A DNA stretch of 64,000 nucleotides from Penicillus capitatus (taxonomy: Eukaryota; Plantae; Chlorophyta), in contig OZ287706.1 of the NCBI GenBank assembly GCA_965649825.1, forward strand, positions 558,001 through 622,000. Reading direction: 5' to 3'. The position numbers and the translations under genes are program-made. How positions within the stretch are numbered: the stretch's first letter is position 1; every line of letters starts with the position of its first letter. Under the pieces are notes generated by a model. It saw nothing but the letters and a program-made list of their open reading frames with translations. It ran no database searches and was not told the DNA's origin. This document shows, in pieces, positions 11,214 through 24,155 of the stretch.

Positions 11214-13153
11214 AGAGATGAAGGCGTGATGACGAACGGACACATACATTCCGCAGACGGTCACTCTAGCATCTGTAAAGAATCGGCTGCTTAGAATTAC
11301 AGTACTTCATGCTGCACAAGAGTCACACGGACAACAACAAGTCTGAAGTCACAGACCACCCCGAGCGCCAACCCGTTCGTGCCGGAGCACATGGTCTCCG
11401 TCACATCACCCGTGCATGACAAACAGCAGATCATTTCAGCAAACAGTGAAATCGCGAAAGTGTATTCGGGAGGAACGGGGAACACTGTGCTTGACACCGT
11501 TGTTCCACTTGAGGTCGTAATGCTTAAAAACCGCTACGAGGCAGACACGATCTATGGGATGCGAAACGTGCATCCGTGTGTTCCGACGATCTCACACACA
11601 AAAGCCATTGATAAATGCTCCACAGATCACAAGACGGTGCGAAAGATGACACCATCCTTGCACCGAGGCTTCCATAAGAATCGAAAAGAAGGTCAACAAC
11701 CGCGCACCCATGACCGAGATACTGAACCGAAAAACTCCGTGTCAATAACTGCACTTCCTCATTCCCTTTACTGAGGCTGCAGTTCCGTCGAAGCATGTGT
11801 ACTCAGCGGTGAGTTTGTAAGAGATCGGGCCGAGTCGCGCGAGAACGTGGACTTCCGGATGATTCTAGGTTTCATGCGCTTCTCTGTGTGCACACGTGGC
11901 AGCTGCCTTAACTGCCTTCCCTTCTCGGCGTCGTCCTTATACATGGACCAGTCTGCCGAGTCAAAGTACTGCTGGCCCTACAGGCAAAGAAGCAATGGAG
12001 GGCGTCGTCGGCTTTCAAGGGTTGGAGCACGTGATGTTCGTGTCCAGCCAAGGTCGGCCGTAAGTCTCCGTGCTTTGCTATGAAGTCTTCGTCTTTCTCG
12101 CCGGCACGTTTGTCCGTCTTGTCCTGCCACGCCAAACGGTCAGACCCATCGGAAGACGCAAGCAGGTGTGGCTGACCTTGAACGAGATTTTCAGGACGGT
12201 CTTCATACTTGGTCAAAAAGCGAAGAGATGGTCCGAGGACAGACAGCAGCTTAACGACAGATAGATAGATATGTCAAACGCAGTGAGCGAGGGGCATTCG
12301 AGATGGCTGCGAGCGGCAACGAATATGTGACTGAGGACAGACGCGGACTTAAATGGCTCCACGTTTATGTTAAATGCGTTGCAAATAGGAATCCGACGAT
12401 GCATTCTTGGAGAGGAAGAAGACCGAGACCGCGTCTCTGAACCAACCACACTTGCAAGACACAAGTCCAGAGAGTATGCATTGGAAGAAAGAGTGTTGTC
12501 ATGCAAGGACACGTCATCCCACCATACCCGGTCACATGGCGACCTCCTTGAACGCTGCGGGAAGGGGCCGGGAGTGAGGGGCAGCAGTGCCTAAGTTTGC
12601 CGTACCGTATTCTGAGATGCTGATGACAATGGATCGGAGGAAAGAACCGAAGGAGAAGAGGCAGGAGATCAAAAGCCGGAATCGCGTCCTTCGCGTAGAT
12701 GGACGCTCAGTGAGGCATGACGGAATCGCCATGAGCTTCTGAAGTTGTTGTCGTCGACGGTCGACGGGATCGTCATCCGAAATCGATTCTCTGCGGATAG
12801 ATTCGGTGGCTCGAGTTCAGCAAAAGGCTTCAATGGTGTGCACCTACCTGTTCGCTGGGTTCGTGATGGTAATGGCAAAGGTGGCCAGGAATCCAGGGAT
12901 GACATGAAGAGCTAGGATGATCCGATAGTGAGCGCTTCGGCGTTGCCTGAGCTGCCGCATGGAGGCACGCGTGATTGAGAGAGATCCCGACAGAGACGCC
13001 AGAGAAGAGCGCGGCGATGACTTCGTCGCAACGCTGTCGCTCAACGACGTGCCGCATTTAAAACTGATTAACAATGAATTTTGCGTGTTGAACAGCTGTC
13101 ACATCAAAGACAACAACATGTTTAACACACACGCACAACAACAGCATCTCACG

Positions 13154-16100
13154 TCATGTCGCAATCAAAAAACAGACCAGTTTGTTCATTGGATTCTCGA
13201 TGACGCCCAGTTCCATGCAGCTGGATTCCAAGGCAGGAACGAGATACAGAGTGATGTTGAACCCTTGGAGGTGCACAACGCCAGCGGCTTTACGGCCCTT
13301 GAGATGTCTCAGTAGTTTGTGGAAGAGGCGATTGGGCACAGTGGGAGTGATCTGGAAGAAGTGATGCTCGATTTTCTTGATCGCTGGGTTTTCGGCCATT
13401 CTGGAAACATATGTCATAGGAACTCTTGCCTCGATCGTGAGCTGAGGAGGTAATGAAATGGGACACTCTGCAGTGGCACCAGTGATTTCGCATTCGCGGA
13501 AGAAGATCTTGCCGGTCCATGCACCGTCCGGAGGCTGCTGGGGGATGCTTGGCTGCGTCACCTGGGCAGGATTGTCGACGGGCTGCTGATCCTTGACGTC
13601 TCGAGCGTTTCTGTAGGCATCCAGGAGAAGAGATTGCTGACGAATGAAGTCATCTGGATCCGCCTGTCCGTCTTCTTGGAACATGGAGAAGGCGACGAGA
13701 TTGCACATCAGATCATCGTCATTGCCGACACCACTCGATGGATGGCCTGTCCAGTACGAGGGGAGAGGCTCGATGATTTCGATTTCAGGTGTCTCGCCAG
13801 AACCCGATGGAGCCATCGGGTCTGTTGGTGCGCTTCTTCCAGAGGGGCGAGACGACGAAGACGACTCGGGTACGAACGTTGTCCTCAGATTCGGATGGTT
13901 GTGTCCACGGGCAGGACTCCGTTGCGCTGCTTCGACTGGCAGTGCATTGGAAGACTCGTGCGCATGAACACAACCACGACTTGCTGAGAAGCCTCCGTGT
14001 GCGGGACTGCGTCGATCTGCATCGAGCGGCAGATCATTCGCAGACTCATGCACAGGTCTCTTTCCAAGCATGTTCAGATAGTCTTCGTACGTCATTGCTG
14101 CTTCCTCTTTGACAGTAGATGCTTGCTCGCAGGCAGGCGACACGTGTGCAGATCCATCGATAGGGCTTTGATGGATCTCTTCGTGCACAGGCGTTTGGCA
14201 TTCCGCTTCGGCGGGCATGGCTTCGGACGGTTCCGTGACAGGATCATCCACTGGGTTCGATGGACTGCAGTGCACTGGAGTGACGCATTCGAGTTCCGTC
14301 GGTATGGCTTCAGATGATTCTGGGACAGCGGGTACAGGATCACGGTGAAGAGTTGGATACCTTCTGGTGGGCTCCGGAGTGAGACACTCGGCTTCGTCTG
14401 GTGCAGCTTCTGGCGATACATGTGCAGGATTCTCGACGGGGCTTAACTGGTAGAGTTGACGCAGTCGAGTGACGTAATCAATTTGGGCTGGAACGGCTTC
14501 AGACGACTCAGGTGCAAGTGCATCGTCACGGAAACGACATGAAAATCCTATGGTGGGCTCTGGTGTGACACATTCGGCTTCATGTGGTGCCTCATCTGGC
14601 GATTCAAGCGCGGGATCACGGAGAAGGCCTGAGTGTCTTCTGGTAGGCTCTGGTGTGACACATTCGGCGTCGTCTAATGCCTCATCTGGTGATTCGGGTT
14701 CAGAATCACGGAGAAGGCCTGAGTGTCTTCTGGTTGGCTCCGGCGTGACACATTCGGCGTCGTCTAATGCCTCATCTGGTGATCCGGGCTCAGTATCACG
14801 GAGAAGGCCTGAGTGTCTCCTGGTAGGCTCTGGTGTGACACATTCGGCGTCGTCTAATGCCTCATCTGGTGATCCGGGTTCAGAATCACGGAGAAGGCCA
14901 GAGTGTCTTCTGGTTGGCTCCGGCGTGACGCACTCGGCTTCATGTGGTGCATCATCTGGTGATCCAGGCACCGAATCACGGAGAAGGCCTGAGTGTCTCC
15001 GGGTAGGCTCTGGTGTGACACACCCGGCTTCTTCTGGCGCGTCATCTGGTGACCCGTGTAAAAGATCGTCAGTGAGGATAGGACAGGCTCTCTCGTATTC
15101 GTGCAAATGAACATATCTCACACACGAGGAGGCTTGATGTAAAGGACGATGTTGCATGCTTTTCTCGGTCGGCAATGAATCTGATATGGATAATTTGCGT
15201 GAAAGCTCTTCGACGAGGAAGGATGATTGGTCGTTGTCAGGTAGAGGTTGTTGCTGTTCTGCGTCGGTTGGCTTACTTGTCGAAGACTCAGCATCGAAGT
15301 CTTCTTCTTTAGGGCTTGGACAGACATCTTCGCAGTGCACAGGTTGCTGCAGCTCCACATCAGTGGGAAGAACTGTCGAAGACTCGGCGTGACAGTCTTC
15401 GCTAGGGCTTGGAACGGCATCTTCATCTTCAGCTTGCTTCTTCTCCTCTTCAGTTGGCAGGACTGTCGAAGGCTCATCAGGAACACCTTCTCTATGGCTT
15501 GGACAGTAAACATCTTCTTCTACAGACGCTGGCTTCTCCGCACCCTTTGACAGGGCTTCAAAGGACTCGTGCATGGGCTGCTCGATTGGACTTGATTTGT
15601 TGTTGTCATCTTCAGCTTGCTGCTCCACTGCAGCTGATACGACTGTTGAAGACTTATTCGGAACGTCTTCTTTATGGCTTGGAGATGCATCTTCTTCGTG
15701 CACAGGTTGTTTGTCTTCTGCTTGGGTCGATAAGACTGTCAAAGACTCGACCGCGACTTCTTCTCCGGGACTTGATGTTTGTGGAGTCGGATTAGGAATG
15801 TCTGCTGGCTTTGGTCGAGATTCTTTACTGTTGGACTCCTCTTCTACAGTGAACAAGAGATTTCCATTATAAGTACACTGCAGGTTCGTTGTACTTTGGG
15901 TAACTGCCTTCGTCTCTCTGTACTTAGGCGCCGAATGACTTGCAGGCGCCTCTGCTGTTCGGGATTTCTTCGGCTTTCTCTGGGCTTTCTTATCTGCAGT
16001 GTCTCTGGTAGTAGCCTCTGTCGGTGCATCAAACGTGTCCGGGTCGGATTCAGACGCCCTGGATACAGATGGACTCTTGCGCTTGGCTTCTGTGGCAAAT

Positions 16101-18396
16101 CCACGATCTGCCTTCTTTCTGTCTTTGGTGTTTACAGTCGATGTCTTGACCCTCCCTAAAAACACGGTGATTCGTATCCCCGATCTGAATAAACGATCGA
16201 TGAGCATGCATCGGCAGAACGATGCTCGATGCTTCGCGACTCAGGCACCTTCAGCGAGGGACTGTGTAGGCCGTTCGCGGCTAGGACCGATGTCGGCAGC
16301 AGGATCAGACCAGGACAGAGATCTCGGCGACACGCGGCGTTCCTGGCTCGCCTCTTCTTCGCGAGGTAGCAGATCGTTCCTCGATCTCTTTTTCACAGGA
16401 TAGCGACGATCGAGATTCCTAAGCGCGGGCTGCAGGACGCGCAAACACACCGTCATCTTCTCGATCGTCGGAGCTTCGATCAAGAATCCTGCGGATAGAT
16501 CACTCTTTGAAGAATGAGCGTCATCAGTGAGGTTGGGGCACCCTTTCGGATAGAGTCGTCGACTTTGATGATGTGCTGCGGAGCACGGCGGCCGTCGCTG
16601 TCAAAGCATCTGACCAGATCGTGGATCGTTGAGTGCGCATGCGATGCGTCCATCCACAGGAAGGCCGAGTAGTACTCATCCCTCATGCACCGTACGGATG
16701 GAACCAGCATGAATGCTGGGCGTTCCGTTTCGTATTCTGGATTCCCTTTCAGCCCTTGGTAACACTTCAGGGCCTCCCTAGAAATGACAAGTGAGATCGG
16801 ACTGATCGGAAAGCACTGTTCCAAACTTTGCAGAATCGAACACGACGAGAGCTCTGGCGAGCGAGACTCGGGGAAAGAGAACTCCGGAAACCCTTCCATA
16901 CTCGTTACATGCATCACTAATGTCACCGTTTCTCAGGTTTCCAGGCAGAGCCATGAACCAGATGACGGGTCCGTACTGGTCGGCCACCGAACAGGATGCG
17001 GATCCTGCATCCAACCCACTCATTATCCCCCGGGAGCCTTCCTGAACCTACCGCGCTCAAAATCCCTGCTCAACATGACCGGCGGATCATCGATGGGTGT
17101 GGCAGGGATCTGAGGGGCGTAGGGCACGGGCCCAGTCGGCGGAAGGGACTGTCGTCCGGGTTGGTCCTGCGGGAGACTGGGTCCAGACTCGACGCGATGG
17201 CGCAGCGACTTCTTCGGACGCCCTTCTCTCTCGTGTCCCAGCTCTTTTGCTTGCTTGTCCTCTATCAGTTTTCGTCGAGCTCTGGCCCATTTGGCGGCGT
17301 AGGCGTCCGCTGTCGTGCGCGATCGAAGTCCATCCGGTCCGGAGCGGGCGGCGAGGTGTGACTCTTCTGGACATCCTTCGTGCTCTCTCTTCCTCTCCGC
17401 TTCCTGTATGCGGATGAGGACGTTCCTGAGATTGTACACGTGTCTCATGTACGAAGAGTCCGGATGCTGTGTGTGCTGCCTTCCTGCACGGGTCACCCAA
17501 ACGATGCGTCAGCCACGTCGTGTCGCATCATCGTTGATCTCACTTTCGATGACGCTGTTGAGCATGTTGAGCGTCCATCTGAGGAGATCTTTGTCGGAGG
17601 CGTGAATCTCGTATGCCAGACTGTAGTTGTCTGGTGTCTCTGGCGGCAGCAGGATGCGATTGAAAAAGACATTGGCCGACTCGTGATAAGGCTTGGACAT
17701 GTCTGTCCAGATGCGGACGCACTCGGACAATATATCTCTTGCGTAGTGCTTCAGCCCTTTGGCCAGGGCATTCAGAATCATCCAGCACTCGGTGCGCTCG
17801 GGGGTCAGATCGATGGGGATACCGAGACTGGTGCGTGAGTGATCCATGTGCCTGCGAAGCTCGTACAGTTGCCTGCGGTCACACACATCACACCATGAAC
17901 TTTGCTGCTGTGTCGCTAACCGGAAGAGATGTGGTATGATCTTCATGAAGTGGGGCCTCATGTCCGGTGTCGTCCACTCGAACATGTCGTCGAGGACTGT
18001 CAGCGCGTCGTGACGCGTCTCTTCGCACAGACTGCGCTCTCGTTGAATCCGAAGTTCCGGTCGCCAGGAACTGATTTCGATCAGCGCAGAGACAGTCGTG
18101 CCGATGTTGGCCAGGTACTTCGGCGCCATCCTCCTCAGCATTCGCGCGGCCAGGCGTTTCTCCTGTGGCGTTTCCGACCGTGCGTGTTGCAGCACCGAGT
18201 GGTACCAATCTTCATCGTATGGCCCGTCGTCTGGCTGGGCCGCCTGGAACAACTTGAGGATTCGAAATAGGTCCCGAATGGGTTGCAGATTCGGCGCCGC
18301 CGTCGTCTCGACGGGGTTGTGCCGAGATCGACTGGTGACCCGACTGGATGACCCCTGCGGTGAACGTCTGCGTTTGCCGCGCATATCGTGATCCAT
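13154..18396 (-). CDS. ~1600-aa multidomain protein: API5-like helical N-terminus, RRM (+ RRM-like), acidic tandem-repeat region, C-terminal SPOC domain
   Basis: Six ORF segments join in frame through GT-AG introns of 60, 47, 49, 53 and ~78-93 nt. YHSVL...EKRLAARML...RHDAL matches the API5 N-terminus. VIWFMALPGNL...YGRV...RALVVFDSAKEALKCY is an RRM. WTGKIF...LPPQLTIEARV...LKGRKAAGVV...LYLVP is SPOC-like. Confidence 0.75.
14551..15060. repeat. Coding 90-bp tandem repeat (5 full units + 1 partial, degenerate copy at ~14365)
   Basis: Units start at 14551, 14641, 14731, 14821, 14911 and 15001. On the minus strand they encode ECVTPEPTRRHSGLLRDSEPGSPDEALDDA. Confidence 0.95.
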
Positions 18397-18601
18397 CGTA
18401 AAGGAGATTCGCAAATCCGAGTTCGCAGGAAAAACACAGTTCGCAAAAACAAACGAACGAACGAACGTACGTACGAACAGTCATTTAAATCGCAAAAAGG
18501 ATGGAATCGTCTCGATGATTACTCACCGACAAGATGTGACGTTCAGCATCGGTATCAAAACGCATTCAGCAGATCGCGCGTTTCGATCACAACGATCGAA
18601 A

Positions 18602-18955
18602 ATGGAGATCGACGGCATGGACAAGCAACAAGCATCGCCGGAGGAGCAATGCGAAGAAGGCACGGACCACTCCGTGTGTCTGGAATTCGACGAGGATCTC
18701 CAGACATTTCATGACGTGACGCCCAGCACCTGCGGTTTTTGCGTCGAGCACAGCGTCGATAGTATCGCCTTGGCAAAACAGCGATTGCAGAAGAAGGGGC
18801 ACCAGGAGACAAATACCGTCGAGTCGAACCAGCACCCACCCTCGCGTTTTGCCTCCTCTCACCATCGCCGCCGCGCTTCCTTCTCAGACTCCCTCTCGGA
18901 TATCCGAGATCGATTCCGACGTACGTTTGCCAGCGTCAGAAGGTCGGCGGAGTAA
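18602..18955 (+). CDS. Hypothetical 117-aa protein, divergent from the API5-like gene
   Basis: ATG-initiated ORF (MEIDGMDKQQ...) with protein-like composition and no recognisable domain. Confidence 0.3.
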   Translation: MEIDGMDKQQASPEEQCEEGTDHSVCLEFDEDLQTFHDVTPSTCGFCVEHSVDSIALAKQRLQKKGHQETNTVESNQHPPSRFASSHHRRRASFSDSLSDIRDRFRRTFASVRRSAE

Positions 18956-20386
18956 GAGGAGGTGAATCGCGACGGTGGCACTGATGATGGCGAGATGATG
19001 CAAAGACGAACTTGAATGCCACGGACGCGTTTGTGCATAAATCGAATCTACGGCTCCTCTTCCAGTTGTGAAATTGCGTGTCCTACGTTTGCCTCTAAAA
19101 CGTGCAGACGATGCGACATCTCCTTTCAGCCACTCGACAATCGACGCCCTTCGAACAACGTTGAAAAAATAAAGCGTGTCGCGATGCGTTTCGCTAATGT
19201 ACAGGAGCAACGTGCGTTACTGCTGATGCTTCCCGAAAAATGAAGGACTGTCGAAAGCGACGTCGACAACGCCTTGGCCATCTACCTTTCGAGTCCACAC
19301 TACCTTCCAGACCCCGACATTCCCTTTCGTAATGCCCCGAGGCTCTACTGGAAGGGCGCTCTGTGTTTTTCGAAAGCCATCGTCGCCAAGACACCCCAAA
19401 TACAAACAAGTGAACATTCTGCTTGCAGCTGTTCTCCGGAAAACGAATCGTGATGCAGCGGTTATGATTCACCCAGAAACAGGGCTGCGTACCAGTTCAG
19501 CAGCACGTGTCTTCTTGCTGTATCGCAGGGCCATTGGCATGGTGGTGTATTGTGGGCATCAGGTGCTGAACGGCGGTCAACGCAATCCCGAGAAGACCCA
19601 TTCGCCTCAGAACGCATCCCTGAGCTGCCGCACGGACGTCGTCTTTCACCACAGCGTCGAACCATGTCCATCACCCGATGCCAAAGAGAAACCCTGACAC
19701 CATCGGACTGTTGTCCTTGAGCTGCACCGAGACAGGTTCGCGTCGTTTCGTTTAGTGACTTGGCTTTCGCGACCTTCTCCTGTCAGGCGGCAGGACATCT
19801 TCCCGCACGAAGTCGGGACAGAACCACCACAGAGACGGCGTCAAGATGGAACGAGTGAATGCACTATCGAATACAGTGGCGCGAAACAGACCCCGTTGAC
19901 TGTTGCACGTTGCCTTGTGTGGATGCCGTTCTGGCGATGAACATGGAAGCGGCAAAGTCATCTTGAACAGAGCGATTCTGGACTATGGAACGCCACAGTA
20001 AACTTTGCGATAGCCTATCGAACGGTGACGATTCCAAGACGTTCCTTGTCTTGTGAAGACTCTCCCTTGTAACTTCAATCGTTTTTTTTTTCTCATGCAA
20101 ACCCACGGACATGCCAGTAGCCGCTTTGAAGGCACCTGCTGAAGAATACGTGAAATGGCGATTTACAAGTTTGCGTGCGGTGAACAAATTAGAGATCTCG
20201 TTATTTGCAGTTAATATGCGAATCGGCGAATTGTCCTGGAAACAAATCCTTCCCCTTCAGTCAAAGAGCACCCGCCCCCGAACACCCAAAAATGCATTAA
20301 ACATTTAATCGAGTAGAAAAGATACCGCATCAACAGATAGTTCCTCTGGAAATAAAAATCAAAAGCTAGACTGCGTGCATAGATCC

Positions 20387-21908
20387 TCACGACTTTTTGG
20401 AGAGCTTCTTCACTATCTTCGTGATCCACCTTTTCGACTGTCTGACATCAACATACAGTCCCGGAAAATCCGCTTTCCCGCAGACATCAGACGGATCCTT
20501 GAGATGTGCGATAGCCACGAGTTTATCGCGTTTGGATGTCGTATCGATCAGCGGCCCTCCTTCGTCTCCAGCACAGAACTCCGCTTTGTAATCCGTACAG
20601 AGGATACGCCTCCGCAAAGCTGTGTCGTACGCTTTCTCGCAATGCGCTTTACTGAGAAGGGACACCTTGGCCACCTGAAGGTTAGATGCAAATCCGCTAT
20701 TCTCAGACTGCCTTCCCAGTCCAACAAAGTCCAACGCATCCGCCGTTTTGCGCGTCTTTCCTTGGATCTTGATCGGCGTCTTCTTGGACGGTTTACTCAG
20801 CTCGATCACGGCCAAGTCGTACCCGTTGCCCAGATTTCTGGCCTTGTCGCCCACGAACCATTTCGGATGTATCTCGATTCCTGCCACATCTCGAGCCTGA
20901 AGAGAAGGGGCTCGTGCGCATGACAGACAGAAGGAGGGAGAACTTCAGAGAAATCGGTGTGACAATAGTTTCCGTCGTCATCAGTGCTGCGTGCATTCAA
21001 CGTGACAAGCCGAATGGATCGTCCTCCCGTTCCGTCCACGCAATGTGCGGCCGTTAACACCGCCCTCTCCGCTATAAGCACGCCGCCGCAGACATGGCGA
21101 TAGCCATTGACTAACGACGTGCGCAGAGAAGCAAAGTAGGTGTACCTATCGCAGGGAGCATCCACGCTGACAATAGAGGCCGCATATCTCAGTTCTCTTT
21201 CCAGAGACCTCCCGTCTGGTCCCGTTTCCAAGACGAGTCGGATGTTGTTCTGCAAAAATGCCATCGACTCTATCGCCTTTGCCAGCTGCTTACCCATCCA
21301 CAGGTTTGTGTGACGATCAAACGGATGAAGCTCTGAATCGCTGTCCTTCTTTCGTTCTCTTCGCGGCAGCGTCTTTTGTTGGAGAGACGGCAAAGTCTGT
21401 TGAAGAGGGAGATTTTGTCGCCGCAGTCGAAATCGTCGTTGAGAAGCATGTCTTCGACGACATGAAAGCTGCCCCAGATGACGGCGTACTCGATGAGCGT
21501 AAAAGCTCGATAACCAAATCTGGCGAAAGGGTAAGGGACGATTCTTTTGATATCTAACGAAGCTCCGAGCTCTCGAAATCGGACGATCGAATCGACATCG
21601 TCCAGTTCCGCCGCAGTGAACAGAGCTTCTGCGACGGAACAGGGCACGAGGGCAGCTCCAGGGTACTCAGTGGAGTTCACGGCCCTCCTGCACTTCGTCG
21701 AATTCTGGACGAAGCAGGTTGGCTCCATCGGTGACTCGTTCCGCAACGCGCATCTTGGCTTTTTGATTTCGACGCCATTACTCAGACGATTGGCCGAGCA
21801 GTCGCACGCATTCTGACAGAGGACAGGGTGAACGAGAGACACGACCAGCGTTAGCAGAATCCTTCGTGTTGCAGCAGCGGCTTGGCGATGCGACTTCGTT
21901 TTCTCCAT
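20387..21908 (-). CDS. Secreted Cys-rich/ankyrin-like/trypsin-fold pseudoprotease (GDEGGP)
   Basis: The ORF at 22007-21270 splices (44-nt intron gtaagc...ttgcag) into the trypsin ORF, with a second 47-nt intron. TAAHC and YDLAVIEL are intact; the Ser motif reads FCAGDEGGPL. Confidence 0.85.
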
Positions 21909-22646
21909 CGGGAAGCAATGCCTAGCGAATGTGCACGTCAACGAGAAAAGTGTTCTCGACACTGCAGCTCTGTTTTGCTTGCCGTGCTTTTGGAATGTGC
22001 GCAGCAAACAACCGGACCGGATATGCTGAGCTGGATGTCGCTGACATCAGCGTGAAGTTCAATGTCACATCTGCGGCGAAAGAAAGCTACGCCGCAATGG
22101 CTTCATGATGGATGGATGGATGTCCACAAGGAGAAGTCGTTGGTTGGTGTGGGTGCTGCAGCTTTCCGCATGGACGGTTTGGTTTCTGCTGGCCAGTTCA
22201 CACTGTGCTTTACGTAGGCTCCAATGTCGGTTGTTCTTAGCAAGAGCACAAATTGACGATTCCTCGATAGCACCCTATATGCCGTATAGTCCAGTGATGG
22301 CGATGATGCCTATCTACGCGTGGACTTCGCCGTACGGCCACCTTTTACAGCAACATAAATCGGGTCGTGAAAAACGTCGGTAACCATGGCCAGTTAGGTC
22401 TATCTCAAAAGAAAGGTCGTACACAACACCGACGTCCTTTTCACAGAAGAACTTGCCAATGGGTATCACACAGAGTCCGACGATCCCCTTTCTCTATCAC
22501 TGTCTGTCTATTCATTGCTGCCACTGTCTGAAAACAGGTCTCCTTCTTCCAGCTTTGTCTCCCAATGCAAAAATGTGTGTCTTTTTGGTGTCCAATCAAT
22601 TTCCTTGAAGTTCTTGAACTTGACTGCCTTACAGGCCTGCTGCGTC

Positions 22647-24155
22647 TCAACTGCCTTGCATCGTTCTTTGTGTTCTCCCGATCCACCACCTCAATCTGGC
22701 CACATTGGTAAACAGTCCAGCAAAGTCAGAGTGGCCGCAGACGTCCGAAGCGTCTTTCAGGTGCGCGATGGCAACGAGCTCATCTCCGTTGGCGCCTGTG
22801 CTGATCAGCGGGCCTCCCTCGTCTCCTCTGCAGTACTCTCGCTCTCTTGTGGTGCACAGGACGTTTGTCGGGAGGTTTCTTCCGTAGTCTGCCTCGCAGG
22901 CGCCTTCGCTTTCGACGTTCATGTTTCCCACCTGTACGACAGATGCAAAACCGCTGTTCCTCGATTGCCTTCCCAGACCGACGAATCTCAAAGCGTCGCC
23001 CGCTTTGACCACTCCGCGTCCCTGAATGGCGATGGGCGTCTTGCTCGACGGCTTGTTCAGCTTGATCACCGCTAGATCGTATCCATTTCCCAGATTTTGA
23101 GCGCTATCGCCCCTGAACCAGTAAGGATGGATCACAATCTGCGCTGCCTTCCGAATCTGACCAACAGTCGATGTCGTCCGTGGAGATGTTGAGAGAGAGT
23201 ACGCACTTCTGGCTGTTCTCGGCAGTTGCTGCCTGTGCTCTGGACATCGCGAGCATCGATCACGAGGATGGGCACAAAGTGTCCAGTGGATCCGTCCACG
23301 CAGTGCGCTGCCGTCAGCACCGTCTCCTCCGAGATGAGTACACCCCCACAGATGTGCCGGTAGCCCTCGACGAAGGAGGAACGGACGGAAACAAAGTAAG
23401 GATGGCGCTCGCAGGGGGCGTCCACGCCAGGTGCCACGCGCGTCGCGGGGAGAAACGCGTCTTGTATCGGAAAAGGGCCAAAGCTCGCGGTCTGTGGACT
23501 CCCTCCCCCGACGGCAACTGGCTCCTGAAACAGAGAACCCTTGCAAGTGTCCTTGCAATGTAGCCTCTCTTGTTCAACTTACTGCTTTGCAAGCCGACGA
23601 GAATGAGAAGGCGACGAGATCTTCGATCGCTTGCTTTCGGTGGTCACCGGGGCGACACTGTGGCTCGTCGGACAGCAGACAGAGATGATCCAGAATGGAA
23701 CCTCGGTCTCCACAGCTGAAGTCCTCGTTGACCAGCAGATCTTCGACCGTTTGGAAACTGCCGTGCGCTCCGGCGAACGCGGCAAGCGGGACGACGCGAG
23801 GGTTCGTGTCGCCGAAGGGGACGGCTCTGGAGATCGTCAACGACGCCCCGAGCTCGCGGAAGCGGGCAACGCTATCGACGTCGTCTCTCTCCGCTGCGAA
23901 GAACAGAGCTTCTTCCGCTGAACATGGAACGGTTGCCGCGCCGGGATACTCCAACGATCCCGCCGCAGCGGGACAGTCGACCGAGTTGTGCACGAAGCAC
24001 TCGGGCTGCGTCGACGCGCTCGAAGGCAACACGCACCCCGGTTGATTCGTCTGAACGCCGTTGCTGTGGCCATCTGTAGTACAGGCGCATCCTTGTTGTG
24101 CCGAGCAGGGATAGAGACAGAGGGCGAGGATGGCCAATCGGAAACTTGTGTACAT
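22647..24155 (-). CDS. Tandem paralog: secreted Cys-rich/ankyrin-like/trypsin-fold pseudoprotease (GDEGGP)
   Basis: Same three-exon layout (58- and 50-nt phase-0 introns). TAAHC, YDLAVIKL and YCRGDEGGPL are present. The start could be ATG 24155 or 24209. Confidence 0.85.

Noticed and set aside
11379-13100. Several 70-130 aa ORFs between TIC21 and the SPOC gene
   Set aside because: No domain signature and conflicting frames and strands.
14551-15060. CRISPR-like array
   Set aside because: These are contiguous 90-bp coding tandem units with no unique spacers, in eukaryotic DNA with no cas genes.
14550-15110. Plus-strand repeat ORF (MVGSGVTHSAS...)
   Set aside because: It is the antisense shadow of the minus-strand tandem repeat.
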